A program made the position numbers and the translations under genes. This document shows, piece by piece, positions 44,670-54,746 of a stretch of DNA of 64,000 nucleotides. The stretch is from Clostridia bacterium (GTDB lineage Bacteria; Bacillota; Clostridia; Oscillospirales; CAG-272), in assembly GCA_017456895.1 (NCBI GenBank), contig JAFTIN010000006.1:5511-69510 (forward strand), written 5' to 3'. Below the pieces are notes generated by a model that was given only the letters and a program-made list of their open reading frames with translations, had not been told where the DNA came from and searched no databases. Position 1 is the stretch's first letter, and the number at the start of each line of letters is the position of its first letter.

Positions 44670-44741
44670 CATACCACTATTTTACAGTATATTAAGCGTT
44701 ATTTCAAGTCCTTTTTAATAAACTCGGATAATAAATTGAGA

Positions 44742-47288
44742 TTAGGTACGAATAATATGCTTTCCAGAAACAAAAATATGTTCAACACCGTCGAGTATAA
44801 ATTTCACGGTAGCATTGGAAGGAACCTCTATCTCGTATATTACACCCTCGTCCGTCTTGCGCCACGATGACGAGACTGTACCGTAGATTCCGGTGTATTT
44901 GCACGAAGCGTAACTGAGACTTCCTCCCACTCTTGGAGAAATAATATACTCGTTCTCCCTACCGACCTTTACGCCGCACATCTCACTGAATAACCACTCA
45001 CAGACCGCGCCCTTGGAGTAATGGTTAAGAGAGGCAACGCCTCCCTGAGCCTCAGTGCCCTCCCAGCTCTCCCAGATGGTATCTGCGCCCATTTTGGGCA
45101 TAAAGAGCCAGCCGGGCATCTTTTCGTTTTCAAGGAGTCTGTAAGCGTATTCAATATTCATATCCCCGAGAACGTACAGAATAAACGGTGTGGAGAGAAA
45201 TCCCGTACCGAGTCTCCAGCCGTAGTTATCAAGCGCTTTAAGTAAACGTTGCTTTGCATATTTCTCGTTTTCCTCATCCAGAAGTCCGAAGTACAAGGGG
45301 CGCACAAGCTTAGACTGTCTGTCGGTATCAAGACTGTGTCTCTCGGTTCTGACAAGGTGTCCGTAGCCCTCTTTAGCTATTTCTCTGTACCTTTCGTACT
45401 CCTGCTTGTCCTCAGCCCTGCCGAGAACGTCCGAGACCTTCGACATAACGTCGAGCATATATACGATATAGGCCGTAGTCTCCTCGGGGTGAGGGCAAAT
45501 AAAATCTGTTACCTTAAACGGATTGACGTCGGCGGGCTCCGCCCACTCACCGTAGGATTGGCCGTAGTTTGAGATCATACGTCTATGATTGCCGTGAAGT
45601 CCGGTGGGCATACCGGTGGGATAACGCTTACCGAGCGTTCTTATCTTATAGAGAGCATATCGCCTCATATCGGCATAGCACTCCTCAAGAATACGGACGT
45701 CACCGTAGTGCTCATATATGCGATAGGGGATGAGCACACCTGCGTCCGACCAGCCTGCAGAGCCGTCCATCGGAGACATATAGAAGTCTATGCCTCCCTT
45801 AGGAGTGATCTGGCGGAAGACTCCGCTTCTTCTCTGTCCGTCACGCATATCGTGAAGGTATTTTCTCGCAAAGGCCACGTAATCGAAGAAGTAAGAGGCG
45901 GTGCGACAGAATATCTGCGCGTCACCCGTCCAACCGTGTCTTTCACGCGTGGGACAGTCGGTAGGTACGTCAAGATGATTGTTCCTCGCCGACCAGAGCG
46001 TATTCTCAACGAATTTGTTTATAAGCGGATGTGAGCAGTCGAAGGATATCGTCTCCTCCATATCCGACCACACGGCAACCGCCGTGAAGTCCTCCGCCTT
46101 GAAGTCCATATCCGCCTCAACGAGAACGTATCTGAAGCCGAATACGGCAAAACGGGTCTTGTACTCGTTTAGCCCTTCCTTGGCGGTATAGTGCACCTCC
46201 TGAAGGGGTGTCTGCCTTTTTTTAGTTGCGCACTGAATATTCTTTTGGGTAAACTCTCCGTTTCCGTCGAGCATCTCACCAAAGCGAAGATGGATCTCAT
46301 CCTCGGCCTTGGCGCTAAGGGAAAAGCGTATATATCCCGCAATATTCTGTCCAAAGTCAAGCACGGTCTTGCCGCTCGGTGTGACTATGAGCTTCGGGCT
46401 TTGAAGGTAAGCCTTTTCCCTGACGGGTACGTTATTTGATGCTGTAGGGATAATTTTGTGATTACATACCCTTGCTCTGCCCAAATAGGTCGGGATACAA
46501 AGGGCATCATACACCTCGCCGTCCTGATTATCGGAAAAGAGGAGCGGTCCGTCGTTCGACCACGACCAGTCGGAGTCTGTAGCGACCGTCTGATATGTGC
46601 CGTCCGTACGCTCTATCTCAAGCTGAACGAGCAGCTTTGTTCTGCTTCCGTACTGATTGGTGATTCCCCAGGCGCCGCAGGAGCCGCGGTACCAACCGTC
46701 CGCGAGCTTGGCCTCAATAACGTTTCTTCCTTCAAGAAGCATTTCTGTCACGTCATAGGTCTGGTACTGCACTCTCTTTGCATAGTCGGTATGTCCGGGA
46801 GCGAGGACAAAATCCCCTACCCTTTCGCCGTTAAGCTCCAGCTCGTAAAGTCCGCAGGCTGTGGCGTAAATGCGAGCCGATTTTATATCCGACGCCTCAA
46901 ACTCGCGTCTGAACAGATCGACCGGATATCGATGTTTGCGCCTTGGACGGTAGTCACCCGAGATCCACTTAGCCTTCCAATCCTCTTTTTCAAGAAGCCC
47001 CATCTCAAACGATGCCCTCGAGGGCTCTCCCTCTTTTCCGTCCTCGTTCCAAAGAGTGAGCGTCCACTCTACTCTGTCACGTGAATTGAGCCTGTAGGGA
47101 TAGGTCGCCCTCATCGAGGAGGACTCCACCTTGCCGCTGTCCCAAGCGACATCACCATTAACGATCGCAACTATGCGGTATGCACTCTGACGAACGTCAC
47201 CCTCGGCATTCCAGGTGAGCGTGGGATTTTGGATATCTATGCCGATAGGATCCGATAAAAACTCTGTTTTTAGTCTGATTGCTTTCAT
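44742..47288 (-). CDS. alpha-L-rhamnosidase (GH78)
   Basis: MKAIRLKTEFLSDPIGIDIQNPTLTWN is a typical GH78 N-terminus, ~848 aa. I trimmed the start to ATG 47288, 1 nt after the transporter stop (TAAgATG). Confidence 0.88.
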   Translation of the reverse strand: MKAIRLKTEFLSDPIGIDIQNPTLTWNAEGDVRQSAYRIVAIVNGDVAWDSGKVESSSMRATYPYRLNSRDRVEWTLTLWNEDGKEGEPSRASFEMGLLEKEDWKAKWISGDYRPRRKHRYPVDLFRREFEASDIKSARIYATACGLYELELNGERVGDFVLAPGHTDYAKRVQYQTYDVTEMLLEGRNVIEAKLADGWYRGSCGAWGITNQYGSRTKLLVQLEIERTDGTYQTVATDSDWSWSNDGPLLFSDNQDGEVYDALCIPTYLGRARVCNHKIIPTASNNVPVREKAYLQSPKLIVTPSGKTVLDFGQNIAGYIRFSLSAKAEDEIHLRFGEMLDGNGEFTQKNIQCATKKRQTPLQEVHYTAKEGLNEYKTRFAVFGFRYVLVEADMDFKAEDFTAVAVWSDMEETISFDCSHPLINKFVENTLWSARNNHLDVPTDCPTRERHGWTGDAQIFCRTASYFFDYVAFARKYLHDMRDGQRRSGVFRQITPKGGIDFYMSPMDGSAGWSDAGVLIPYRIYEHYGDVRILEECYADMRRYALYKIRTLGKRYPTGMPTGLHGNHRRMISNYGQSYGEWAEPADVNPFKVTDFICPHPEETTAYIVYMLDVMSKVSDVLGRAEDKQEYERYREIAKEGYGHLVRTERHSLDTDRQSKLVRPLYFGLLDEENEKYAKQRLLKALDNYGWRLGTGFLSTPFILYVLGDMNIEYAYRLLENEKMPGWLFMPKMGADTIWESWEGTEAQGGVASLNHYSKGAVCEWLFSEMCGVKVGRENEYIISPRVGGSLSYASCKYTGIYGTVSSSWRKTDEGVIYEIEVPSNATVKFILDGVEHIFVSGKHIIRT

Positions 47289-47289
47289 C

Positions 47290-48849
47290 TTATTCTCTGT
47301 CAAGCTCTTTCTGAATAGCGAGGTAGTACTCCTCGCCCTTCGCCTTTTCAACCTGCCAAAGAGCCTCATCCCTCTCGCTAAGAGGCTCGAGCACTACGTC
47401 AGTTTCCACGCCACGGCGCGCCTTGATGATCGCCTGCTTTCTTGACACCGTTTTTTCAACCGAGAAGAATATAAGAAGCACAGCGAGAATTATTCCCGTA
47501 AAGGTCTCAAGACCTACGAACGAGAATGTGATCACATCCGTAACAGCAGAGGGCTGGGTAAAGGCAACAGTGTTGCCAAGCTGATCAACAGTGGGAGCTA
47601 TGTATCCCGCGTTTGCCAAAAGGCCGTTAAAAATTCCGGTAACAATACCGATCATAGCGCAGGAGATAATGCTGTAGATGGACATAGCGAGACCGTCACA
47701 GCGCATACCGCTCTTCCAATCGAGATGATCGAGCGTGTCGGCAAAGAGTGCCATAAAAACGTAAGCGCAAGGAAGTCCGCCGATGTTTTTGATAAACTGG
47801 CCGATAAGCACGACCACCATATTGGTGGGAACGAGCCAGCAGAGAAGACTGCCTATAGCATAAAGAACGAAGCCCCACATAGTGACGTTGCGCTTGCCGA
47901 ACTTCTTTGCCAGAGGCCATACTGCGAAGATTCCTATACCCATAGGAACGCCGCCGATGACCGATACAAGCATCTGCGTGATGCCGTCGTTGTACGTGCC
48001 GAGCACGTAGTTACAGTAATAAACAAGACCAATGTTCTTAAGGCTGGAGCCGAAGGTGAAAATGAGGAAGTAGATAAGAACGATGAGAGTGTACTTATCG
48101 GTCAGGACGACCTTCAACTGAGTTCTGAAGGGGAGCTTCTCGCTCTCCTCACCCTTCTCCTCTGTAACGCGCTCCTTGGTGAAATAGTATTCAAGAAGGA
48201 TAAGAGGCAGGGAGATAATGGAGAGAATACTCATTACGGTCACCCACTTCGCCTTATCAACGCCGAGCATAGGAATAATAACCATCGGGAAGATGAGAGC
48301 TACGAGAATGCCGCTCATCATAATTGAGGCTATCTGATTGAATACGGAAAGACCTCCGCGCTCGGTGGTGTTTCTTGTCGAGAGAGGGACCATAAGATTA
48401 TGGCTCATACTGAATATGGTATACGAGAAGGAGTAGAACAGGTTATACGATAGCATTACCCATATAGCCTGAACGGTCTCGGAAGCCTTGGGCACGGCGA
48501 ATAGCAGTATTCCGCTTATTGCAACCATAGGAGCAGAGAGGAGGAGCCACGGTCTCGCCTTGCCCTCGGAGGTCTTGGTCCTGTCGATGACGTATCCCAT
48601 GATCACGTTAGTAAATGCGTCAATTATCTTAGATATTATTGGGAAAACGGTAAGGAAGATACCGCCCCAAATATGCGTAAGATTTAACACGTCCGTATAG
48701 TAAACATTGAGATAAGTAGCGAGAACTGCATTTAAAAGCAACGCACCGCACGGGCCGAGAAGGTAGCCGAGCCACTTTTCCTTTCCGGTAACAGAGTCGC
48801 AGGTTACCCTGCTCTTCAAGAGCTTATTATCAAAAAGCTTAGTCTTCAT
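47290..48849 (-). CDS. glycoside-pentoside-hexuronide (GPH):cation symporter-family transporter
   Basis: 519 aa, 12 TM, MelB/GPH-like N-terminus. 4-nt overlap with the GH3 stop. Confidence 0.87.
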   Translation of the reverse strand: MKTKLFDNKLLKSRVTCDSVTGKEKWLGYLLGPCGALLLNAVLATYLNVYYTDVLNLTHIWGGIFLTVFPIISKIIDAFTNVIMGYVIDRTKTSEGKARPWLLLSAPMVAISGILLFAVPKASETVQAIWVMLSYNLFYSFSYTIFSMSHNLMVPLSTRNTTERGGLSVFNQIASIMMSGILVALIFPMVIIPMLGVDKAKWVTVMSILSIISLPLILLEYYFTKERVTEEKGEESEKLPFRTQLKVVLTDKYTLIVLIYFLIFTFGSSLKNIGLVYYCNYVLGTYNDGITQMLVSVIGGVPMGIGIFAVWPLAKKFGKRNVTMWGFVLYAIGSLLCWLVPTNMVVVLIGQFIKNIGGLPCAYVFMALFADTLDHLDWKSGMRCDGLAMSIYSIISCAMIGIVTGIFNGLLANAGYIAPTVDQLGNTVAFTQPSAVTDVITFSFVGLETFTGIILAVLLIFFSVEKTVSRKQAIIKARRGVETDVVLEPLSERDEALWQVEKAKGEEYYLAIQKELDRE

Positions 48850-51278
48850 TTTTTATTCTCCTTTGGGAGCTTAGGGGTGTCGATCTTCTTCATCATACAT
48901 CCAAGTCCCTTGAATATTTTTCCGTTTGCCATATGTACAAGGCCCTCTGCTAAGTTATATGGGAACTGTCCGCTCGATGTCATAGAGTTAGTCAATATAG
49001 ATCCGCTCCGCATAGCTCGTCCTTTGAAAATGGCGCCCTTGATCCTGTTGTCGCGCTCCTTGCCCTCGGGAAGGCGCTTAGCCTTTCTTAACTCCATCTT
49101 GGGGATAAGCATTATTCCCGCGAAGATCATCTTACCTATAAAGGTTTGTGTGAGATCGGTAAAACGACTCTCTATTGTGATGGGTGTTTTGGGAGGAACG
49201 GCGGGCACCTTAAGTGATGACATTTCCTCAAAGACCTCGTCGTCCATCCCCTCAAGGTCAAGAGAACGGTAGATCCTGTCAACGCGCTCGGTATAAGGTG
49301 AGCAAACCGTCTCTCCCTCAAACGCAGCAGTCAACTCCATAACGGGAGTCTGTGAGTCACGGCAAAGTTCAAGGATGTATTCACCATCCTCAAGAACAAG
49401 ACGATTTTCTTTAATATTCCAATACTTGAGGCTGTCAATAGGTACAAAAAGCTCTACACGGGTAGCCTCTTCGGGCTCAAGATACACCTTCTTAAAGGCT
49501 CCGAGCTCGCGGCGAGGTCTCGGTACTGTGCTATCCCTTTTAGAGGTGTACAGCTGTACCACGTCGGCGCCTCTGACACGTCCTACGTTCTTTACAGTTA
49601 CCGATACGCATACGCCGTCATCTCTCTTTTCGAGCGACATATCGCTCCACTCAAAGTCGGTATATGACAGTCCGTATCCGAAGGGATAGCGCGCTCCATG
49701 ACCCTTGGTAGCATAGTATCGATAACCGACGAACACGCTCTCACGATAAACCTCCACCGGGGTCCTTGAAAAGCTCTCACCAAAGGGAACGTAAGAGTAA
49801 TCGACAGGCCAGGTCTCTGCAAGTCTGCCCGAGGGAGAGACGTCGCCGAAGAGGAGCGAGTAGGTAGCCTCACCCGAGCCCTGTCCGGGCAGATACATAT
49901 TAAGTATTGAAGATACGTCATCCGCAAAGGAAGCCTCATAGGGAGATCCGCAGTAGCTGACGACGACCACCCTCTTGTTTTTCTTTACGATAGCATCTAT
50001 GAGCGCAAGCTGGTTCTCGGGAAGTCGCATGTGCTCTCTGTCACAGCCCTCGCTTTCAACGTCATCGGTAAGACCGACAAACAGGAGGACCGTGTCGAAT
50101 TTCTCAGCTTCCTTGATTGCCTCACGTATAAGCTCGTCATTAACCTCAACGGTATTCTCACGGTAGCCCTTGAGATAAGTGTATTCTACACCGTGAGAGT
50201 CAAAGGCCTCCATAGGTGTAACCAGCCTTGCGGGATTGATAAGCGAGCTTCCCGCACCCTGGTATCTGGGTTTCTCAAACAGTTCACCTACAACAAGATA
50301 CTTTTCGTCCTTACTAAGGGGGAGTGCGCTATCGTTTTTAAGCAGCACCGCTCCGTCCGTCGCTATTCTTACCGCGAGATCGTGATGAAGGTCAAAGTCC
50401 GCGTTTTCCTTCACACGCCCCTCGTGGTTGGCAACGAGTGTAAGTATGTTGCGTACCGCCTGATCAAGCACAGATTCGTCGAGTGCACCGTCTTTTACGG
50501 CATCTATTACCCACTTGCGCGAGATGGTGTTGTCACCCGGCATCTCAAGATCGAGACCTGCTTTTAGCATAGCTACTCTGTCATGTGTAGCTCCCCAGTC
50601 GGTCATAACGAGGCCGTCAAATCCCCATTCGCGGCGCAAAACGTCGGTAAGGAGCCATCTGTTGGCAGAAGCGTACGTACCGTTTATCTTGTTATACGAG
50701 CACATCACAGTCTCGGGGTGTGCCCCCTTTACCGCGATCTCAAAGGGTCTAAGATATATCTCTCTGATGGCACGCATATCCGCGACGCTGTCGCCCATAA
50801 GCCTGTAGTTCTCACTGTTGTTAAGGGCAAAGTGCTTGATAGCGACGGCTGTGTCGGTGCTCTCTATACCGGATACCTCACCCGAGGCCATAGCGCCGGC
50901 AAGAAGAGGATCCTCCGAGAAATACTCAAAGTTACGGCCTGCCAGGGGATTGCGCTTTATATTCGTTCCGGGACCGAGAACGACGTCTATACCGTAGTGT
51001 CTTGCCTCGTTGCCGATGGCAACGCCCATTTCGTGAGCGAGATCCGGATTAAAGGTCGAGGCGAGAGTGACCGCGGTCGGAAAGCAGGTTGCGGGATCGC
51101 TGTTGCCCGTATCGTCAACGTCCTCACGCTGGACTCTGAGTCCGTGCGGACCGTCGGACATACGTATACTCTCGATGCCAAGCCTGGGTATCGGATTGGT
51201 GTACATAAAGTCGGTGCCGGCAACTATCGCCGCCTTCTCCTCAAGCGTCATTTCCTTTATAAGCTCGTCTATTCTCAT
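48846..51278 (-). CDS. GH3 beta-glucosidase with a ~150-aa C-terminal extension
   Basis: 810 aa. [21 protein letters not shown] (nucleophile Asp), GH3 C-terminal and Fn3-like parts. Confidence 0.9.
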   Translation of the reverse strand: MRIDELIKEMTLEEKAAIVAGTDFMYTNPIPRLGIESIRMSDGPHGLRVQREDVDDTGNSDPATCFPTAVTLASTFNPDLAHEMGVAIGNEARHYGIDVVLGPGTNIKRNPLAGRNFEYFSEDPLLAGAMASGEVSGIESTDTAVAIKHFALNNSENYRLMGDSVADMRAIREIYLRPFEIAVKGAHPETVMCSYNKINGTYASANRWLLTDVLRREWGFDGLVMTDWGATHDRVAMLKAGLDLEMPGDNTISRKWVIDAVKDGALDESVLDQAVRNILTLVANHEGRVKENADFDLHHDLAVRIATDGAVLLKNDSALPLSKDEKYLVVGELFEKPRYQGAGSSLINPARLVTPMEAFDSHGVEYTYLKGYRENTVEVNDELIREAIKEAEKFDTVLLFVGLTDDVESEGCDREHMRLPENQLALIDAIVKKNKRVVVVSYCGSPYEASFADDVSSILNMYLPGQGSGEATYSLLFGDVSPSGRLAETWPVDYSYVPFGESFSRTPVEVYRESVFVGYRYYATKGHGARYPFGYGLSYTDFEWSDMSLEKRDDGVCVSVTVKNVGRVRGADVVQLYTSKRDSTVPRPRRELGAFKKVYLEPEEATRVELFVPIDSLKYWNIKENRLVLEDGEYILELCRDSQTPVMELTAAFEGETVCSPYTERVDRIYRSLDLEGMDDEVFEEMSSLKVPAVPPKTPITIESRFTDLTQTFIGKMIFAGIMLIPKMELRKAKRLPEGKERDNRIKGAIFKGRAMRSGSILTNSMTSSGQFPYNLAEGLVHMANGKIFKGLGCMMKKIDTPKLPKENKK

Positions 51279-51396
51279 AGGCCCTCCAATAATTAGCTTT
51301 TTATTTTGATTATATCATATTTATTCATATATTTCTTGCATTTTTGTATTTTTTATGGTATTATTGTATTATCATCAGTATCTTGCGGAGTGGAAT

Positions 51397-52584
51397 ATGC
51401 AAACTGTGGATATTAAATACATGGCAACCTCAATAGGTGATCTTGCCGGCGTGCCGGTGAGAATATACGAGAGAGGAGAGCTCACTCTCTTTCACTCAAG
51501 GCAGGACTTCCCCGCCGACCCCATAAAGCCGTATCTTGATTCGATACTCGCACTAAGCGGAAATATCGGCTATTTCGTCACGCCTTACTTTAATTACTAC
51601 GGCGTTATGAAGCATGACGATCTGGCGGTTGTGATCGGGCCATCGAGACAGACGCCCATGAGTGAGAGAGATATGCGCGAGCTTGCCTTCAGCTGTGACG
51701 TGGAATCCTGCGACACAGACAGGTTTATCACGGCAATGAAGTCGCTGGTGCAGATGCCGCTTGAGAGCATAGTACAGATACTCTGCGCTCTCAACCACGT
51801 CTTGACGGGAGAAAGGCTATCCGTCTCCGACGTGGCAATATACGACCTCGGCGAACCCCTCGGAAACGGTCCCGAGGCAGATTCGATATACAAAAAGGAG
51901 GCGCTCGGCGGCGAGGCCGTGCACAACACACTGGCACTGGAGTCACAGCTGCTCGATATGGTAAGACGCGGTGACACTCTCTCGCTGACCGAATGGGTGA
52001 GGAGTGCTCCGGCGGTAAGAGGAGGCAGACTCGCAGACGATGCGGCAAGACAGATGAAAAACACCTTCATCGTAACAGCAACCCTCGTCTCACGCGCGGC
52101 GATACGCGGCGGAATGGACATGGAGGAGGCGCTGTCTCTGTCCGACTCGTACATAAGAAAGTGCGAGATAATGGCCACCCGAGACCAGATAATCAACCTG
52201 CAGTATCATATGGTGCTCGACTACACCAAGAGAGTGGAGGAGGAGCGGCTCGGAAAGGACACCTCAAGGCTCGTCAGCGAGGTGATCAAGTACGTCAGGA
52301 GGAATATCTCCGTAAGGACGAGTGTTGAGGATATGGCGGCGTCCATGTTCGTCAGCAGAACTCACCTTGCGGCAAAATTCAAGGCTGAGAGCGGCATGAC
52401 TCTGTCCGAATTTATTCTCAAGGAAAAGGTAAAGGAGGCGAAGCGGCTCCTGAAGTACACGGACAAGGGGCTTTGTGCTATCGGGGAATATCTCGGCTTT
52501 TCCTCTCAAAGTCATTTCACAAGAGTGTTTAAGAAATACTCGGGAAAAACACCGAGTGAGTACAGAAATGAAAATAACAGTTAG
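51397..52584 (+). CDS. AraC-family transcriptional regulator
   Basis: C-terminal double HTH ...IGEYLGFSSQSHFTRVFKKYSGKTPSEYR. Divergent from the GH3 operon. Start set at ATG 51397. Confidence 0.85.
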   Translation: MQTVDIKYMATSIGDLAGVPVRIYERGELTLFHSRQDFPADPIKPYLDSILALSGNIGYFVTPYFNYYGVMKHDDLAVVIGPSRQTPMSERDMRELAFSCDVESCDTDRFITAMKSLVQMPLESIVQILCALNHVLTGERLSVSDVAIYDLGEPLGNGPEADSIYKKEALGGEAVHNTLALESQLLDMVRRGDTLSLTEWVRSAPAVRGGRLADDAARQMKNTFIVTATLVSRAAIRGGMDMEEALSLSDSYIRKCEIMATRDQIINLQYHMVLDYTKRVEEERLGKDTSRLVSEVIKYVRRNISVRTSVEDMAASMFVSRTHLAAKFKAESGMTLSEFILKEKVKEAKRLLKYTDKGLCAIGEYLGFSSQSHFTRVFKKYSGKTPSEYRNENNS

Positions 52585-52589
52585 CAAAA

Positions 52590-52621
52590 AGGACGGAAAT
52601 GGCTATTTCCGTCCTTTTTTG
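52590..52621 (+). terminator. rho-independent terminator of the AraC gene
   Basis: aggacggaaat/atttccgtcct stem followed by tttttt. Confidence 0.85.
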
Positions 52622-52631
52622 AGTATATAAC

Positions 52632-52667
52632 AAAAAAATAGAGAGCCCGACATATCGGGCCCTCTCT
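52632..52667 (-). terminator. rho-independent terminator of the membrane-protein gene
   Basis: agagagcccga/tcgggc(cc)tctct stem. The minus strand continues attttttt. Confidence 0.7.
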
Positions 52668-52677
52668 GTAAAGATCA

Positions 52678-53334
52678 TTATTTGGATTCTATACGGTCTG
52701 CGAGAGTGACATCTCTGTTCAGCTTGAACTGATAGATCGCTGCAAGGATGCCGAGAACGAAGCCTATAAGCATAGCAAGACCGATAAGTGCAATATCAAA
52801 GGTAAATATCATTGCAAGGCACATAGCGGCAGCCATCATTCCACCGATTGATGAGGTAAGTATGTATAGGGGCTTATAAAGCTTGTTATAGAAGAGCTTT
52901 GCCGCAGGAACGACAAGGACTATCGCAAGGATTATTCCAACGATGAGCCCTACTGCGGAAAGATCAAAGAGACTGAATACAACCATCGGGACACAAAGTC
53001 CGAAGATTATACCAAAGCATCCTCCCATTATGTACACTGCGATCTTGTAGACCTTGAGCGCGAGGAGGCCGAAGAGGATCGCGCATACTATACCGAGAAC
53101 GAGCGGTAGGATCTCTCCCGCACCACCGACATCCGCAACGAGCATGCCGAGCTCTACGGAGCCTATATCAAATCCTGTATAGATAGCGGAGATAATGACG
53201 AGCGGCCTTAAAAATTTGAAGCCGAAGAACGCATCAAAAATGCAGGCGATCATCGTAGTGATAAGAGTAGAGACCAGTATCTCAGTAGGTATTTGAGATA
53301 ATATCTGTTCAAGTACGTTAACTTCATTTCCCAT
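52678..53334 (-). CDS. hypothetical polytopic membrane protein
   Basis: 218 aa from ATG 53334 (GGAAAGGAAA RBS), ~7 TM. Confidence 0.72.
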   Translation of the reverse strand: MGNEVNVLEQILSQIPTEILVSTLITTMIACIFDAFFGFKFLRPLVIISAIYTGFDIGSVELGMLVADVGGAGEILPLVLGIVCAILFGLLALKVYKIAVYIMGGCFGIIFGLCVPMVVFSLFDLSAVGLIVGIILAIVLVVPAAKLFYNKLYKPLYILTSSIGGMMAAAMCLAMIFTFDIALIGLAMLIGFVLGILAAIYQFKLNRDVTLADRIESK

Positions 53335-53490
53335 GGTAATATTTCCTTTCCATTTTTTACACCTATATTTTAGCACATAATTCAGTTATTTGCAAGAGGT
53401 TGATTAAAAATATTCATTTTATCCGTCTATGCTTGACTTTAACACTTAAGGATGGTATAATTTTAAAAAACGTCTTATCGGGAGGTAGAA

Positions 53491-54354
53491 ATGAAGGAAG
53501 GACTGAAAACAGGAATCATCCACACGTCGTACGGGGCACACGGTTACCCCACGGCTTTCTCGCTTATCGCGGAGCACGGATACGACTGTGTAGACTATCA
53601 GAGCTTTGTCAACATTGAGTCGGATTTCTTCAAACTTCCTCTCCCGGAATTTGAAAAAGAGCTCATACACCAAAAAGCCCTGATCGAAGGTTACGGACTC
53701 ACTGTTTCTCAGGCACACGCCCCATGGAGAACACCAAAGGACGGTGATCCGGAAGAAAGAAAGCTCTGGCGTGAGGCAATGAAAAAAGCGATATACGGCA
53801 CGAGTGTGCTCGGCTGTCACCGATTCATCGTTCATACGTTATTGCCGTATATGGATGGCCCGGATCATCCGGAGGAGGTATGGGCGCTGAACGAGGATTT
53901 CATCGCAGACCTTGCAGACTATGCAAGTAAGTACGACATCAAGGTATGTGTTGAGAATCTGCCCTTCCCTCTCTATCCCCTTTCTACCGTTGAGGCGGTA
54001 TGCGAGCTCGTTGACAAGCTGAAGAGAGACAACCTGAAGGTATGCCTCGACACAGGTCACGCGGCGATCTTCAAAAAAGAACGTGTCGGCGACGCGGTAA
54101 GATATATTGGAACGAGGCTTGAGGCGGTGCATATCCATGACAACATGGGCGATACGGACAGCCACATGATCCCCGGTGAAGGCATCATCGACTGGGAGGA
54201 CTTTGCCACAGCGCTCAGTGAGATAGGATTTGACAAAGTAATATCGCTTGAGACCGGTACGGATTATGATCTATACCCGGAGTGCGAGTGGGATGAAAGA
54301 GAAAGAGCGCTCGCAGACTTTGCAAAAGATCTGGCAAAAAAGGCCGCAAAATAA
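53491..54354 (+). CDS. sugar-phosphate isomerase/epimerase (xylose-isomerase-like TIM barrel)
   Basis: 287 aa. VENL, CLDTGHA, VHIHDN metal-site blocks. Confidence 0.85.
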   Translation: MKEGLKTGIIHTSYGAHGYPTAFSLIAEHGYDCVDYQSFVNIESDFFKLPLPEFEKELIHQKALIEGYGLTVSQAHAPWRTPKDGDPEERKLWREAMKKAIYGTSVLGCHRFIVHTLLPYMDGPDHPEEVWALNEDFIADLADYASKYDIKVCVENLPFPLYPLSTVEAVCELVDKLKRDNLKVCLDTGHAAIFKKERVGDAVRYIGTRLEAVHIHDNMGDTDSHMIPGEGIIDWEDFATALSEIGFDKVISLETGTDYDLYPECEWDERERALADFAKDLAKKAAK

Positions 54355-54476
54355 AAAGAGAAATAACTGAAGCGACGGTATTCTTAGTGATGAATTTGAA
54401 AAAACCGCTGAGTGTGAGCATCGCGTTTGTCCGGACACATACAGTGTGGGCTAAGTCCAAACCTTATAATTATAAA

Positions 54477-54521
54477 AAGAGATAACAAATCGGTTCATAG
54501 CCGAAACGTTATCTCTTTTTT
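54477..54521. terminator. bidirectional rho-independent terminator
   Basis: 10-bp stem aagagataac/gttatctctt with an inner tcgg/ccga stem. A-run before and T-run after. Confidence 0.78.
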
Positions 54522-54746
54522 GTTAGTGTTGTTTTTTATTTAGGCGAAGACGAAGCTTATATGCAGTGAAGCTTGTACTATGCACAAGTTAGGTTTTCCA
54601 AGCTTTGCCAAAGTCTAAACCTCACTATCCGCTTACCCATTAGGGCAAGCTTTGCATCAGCGCGTTTCCCGTTAAGGATAAGATTCCAAAGAAAAAGATG
54701 TTCTTTCAACTCTTTATCTTCGAGTCAGAAGACGACGTACTCTCTC

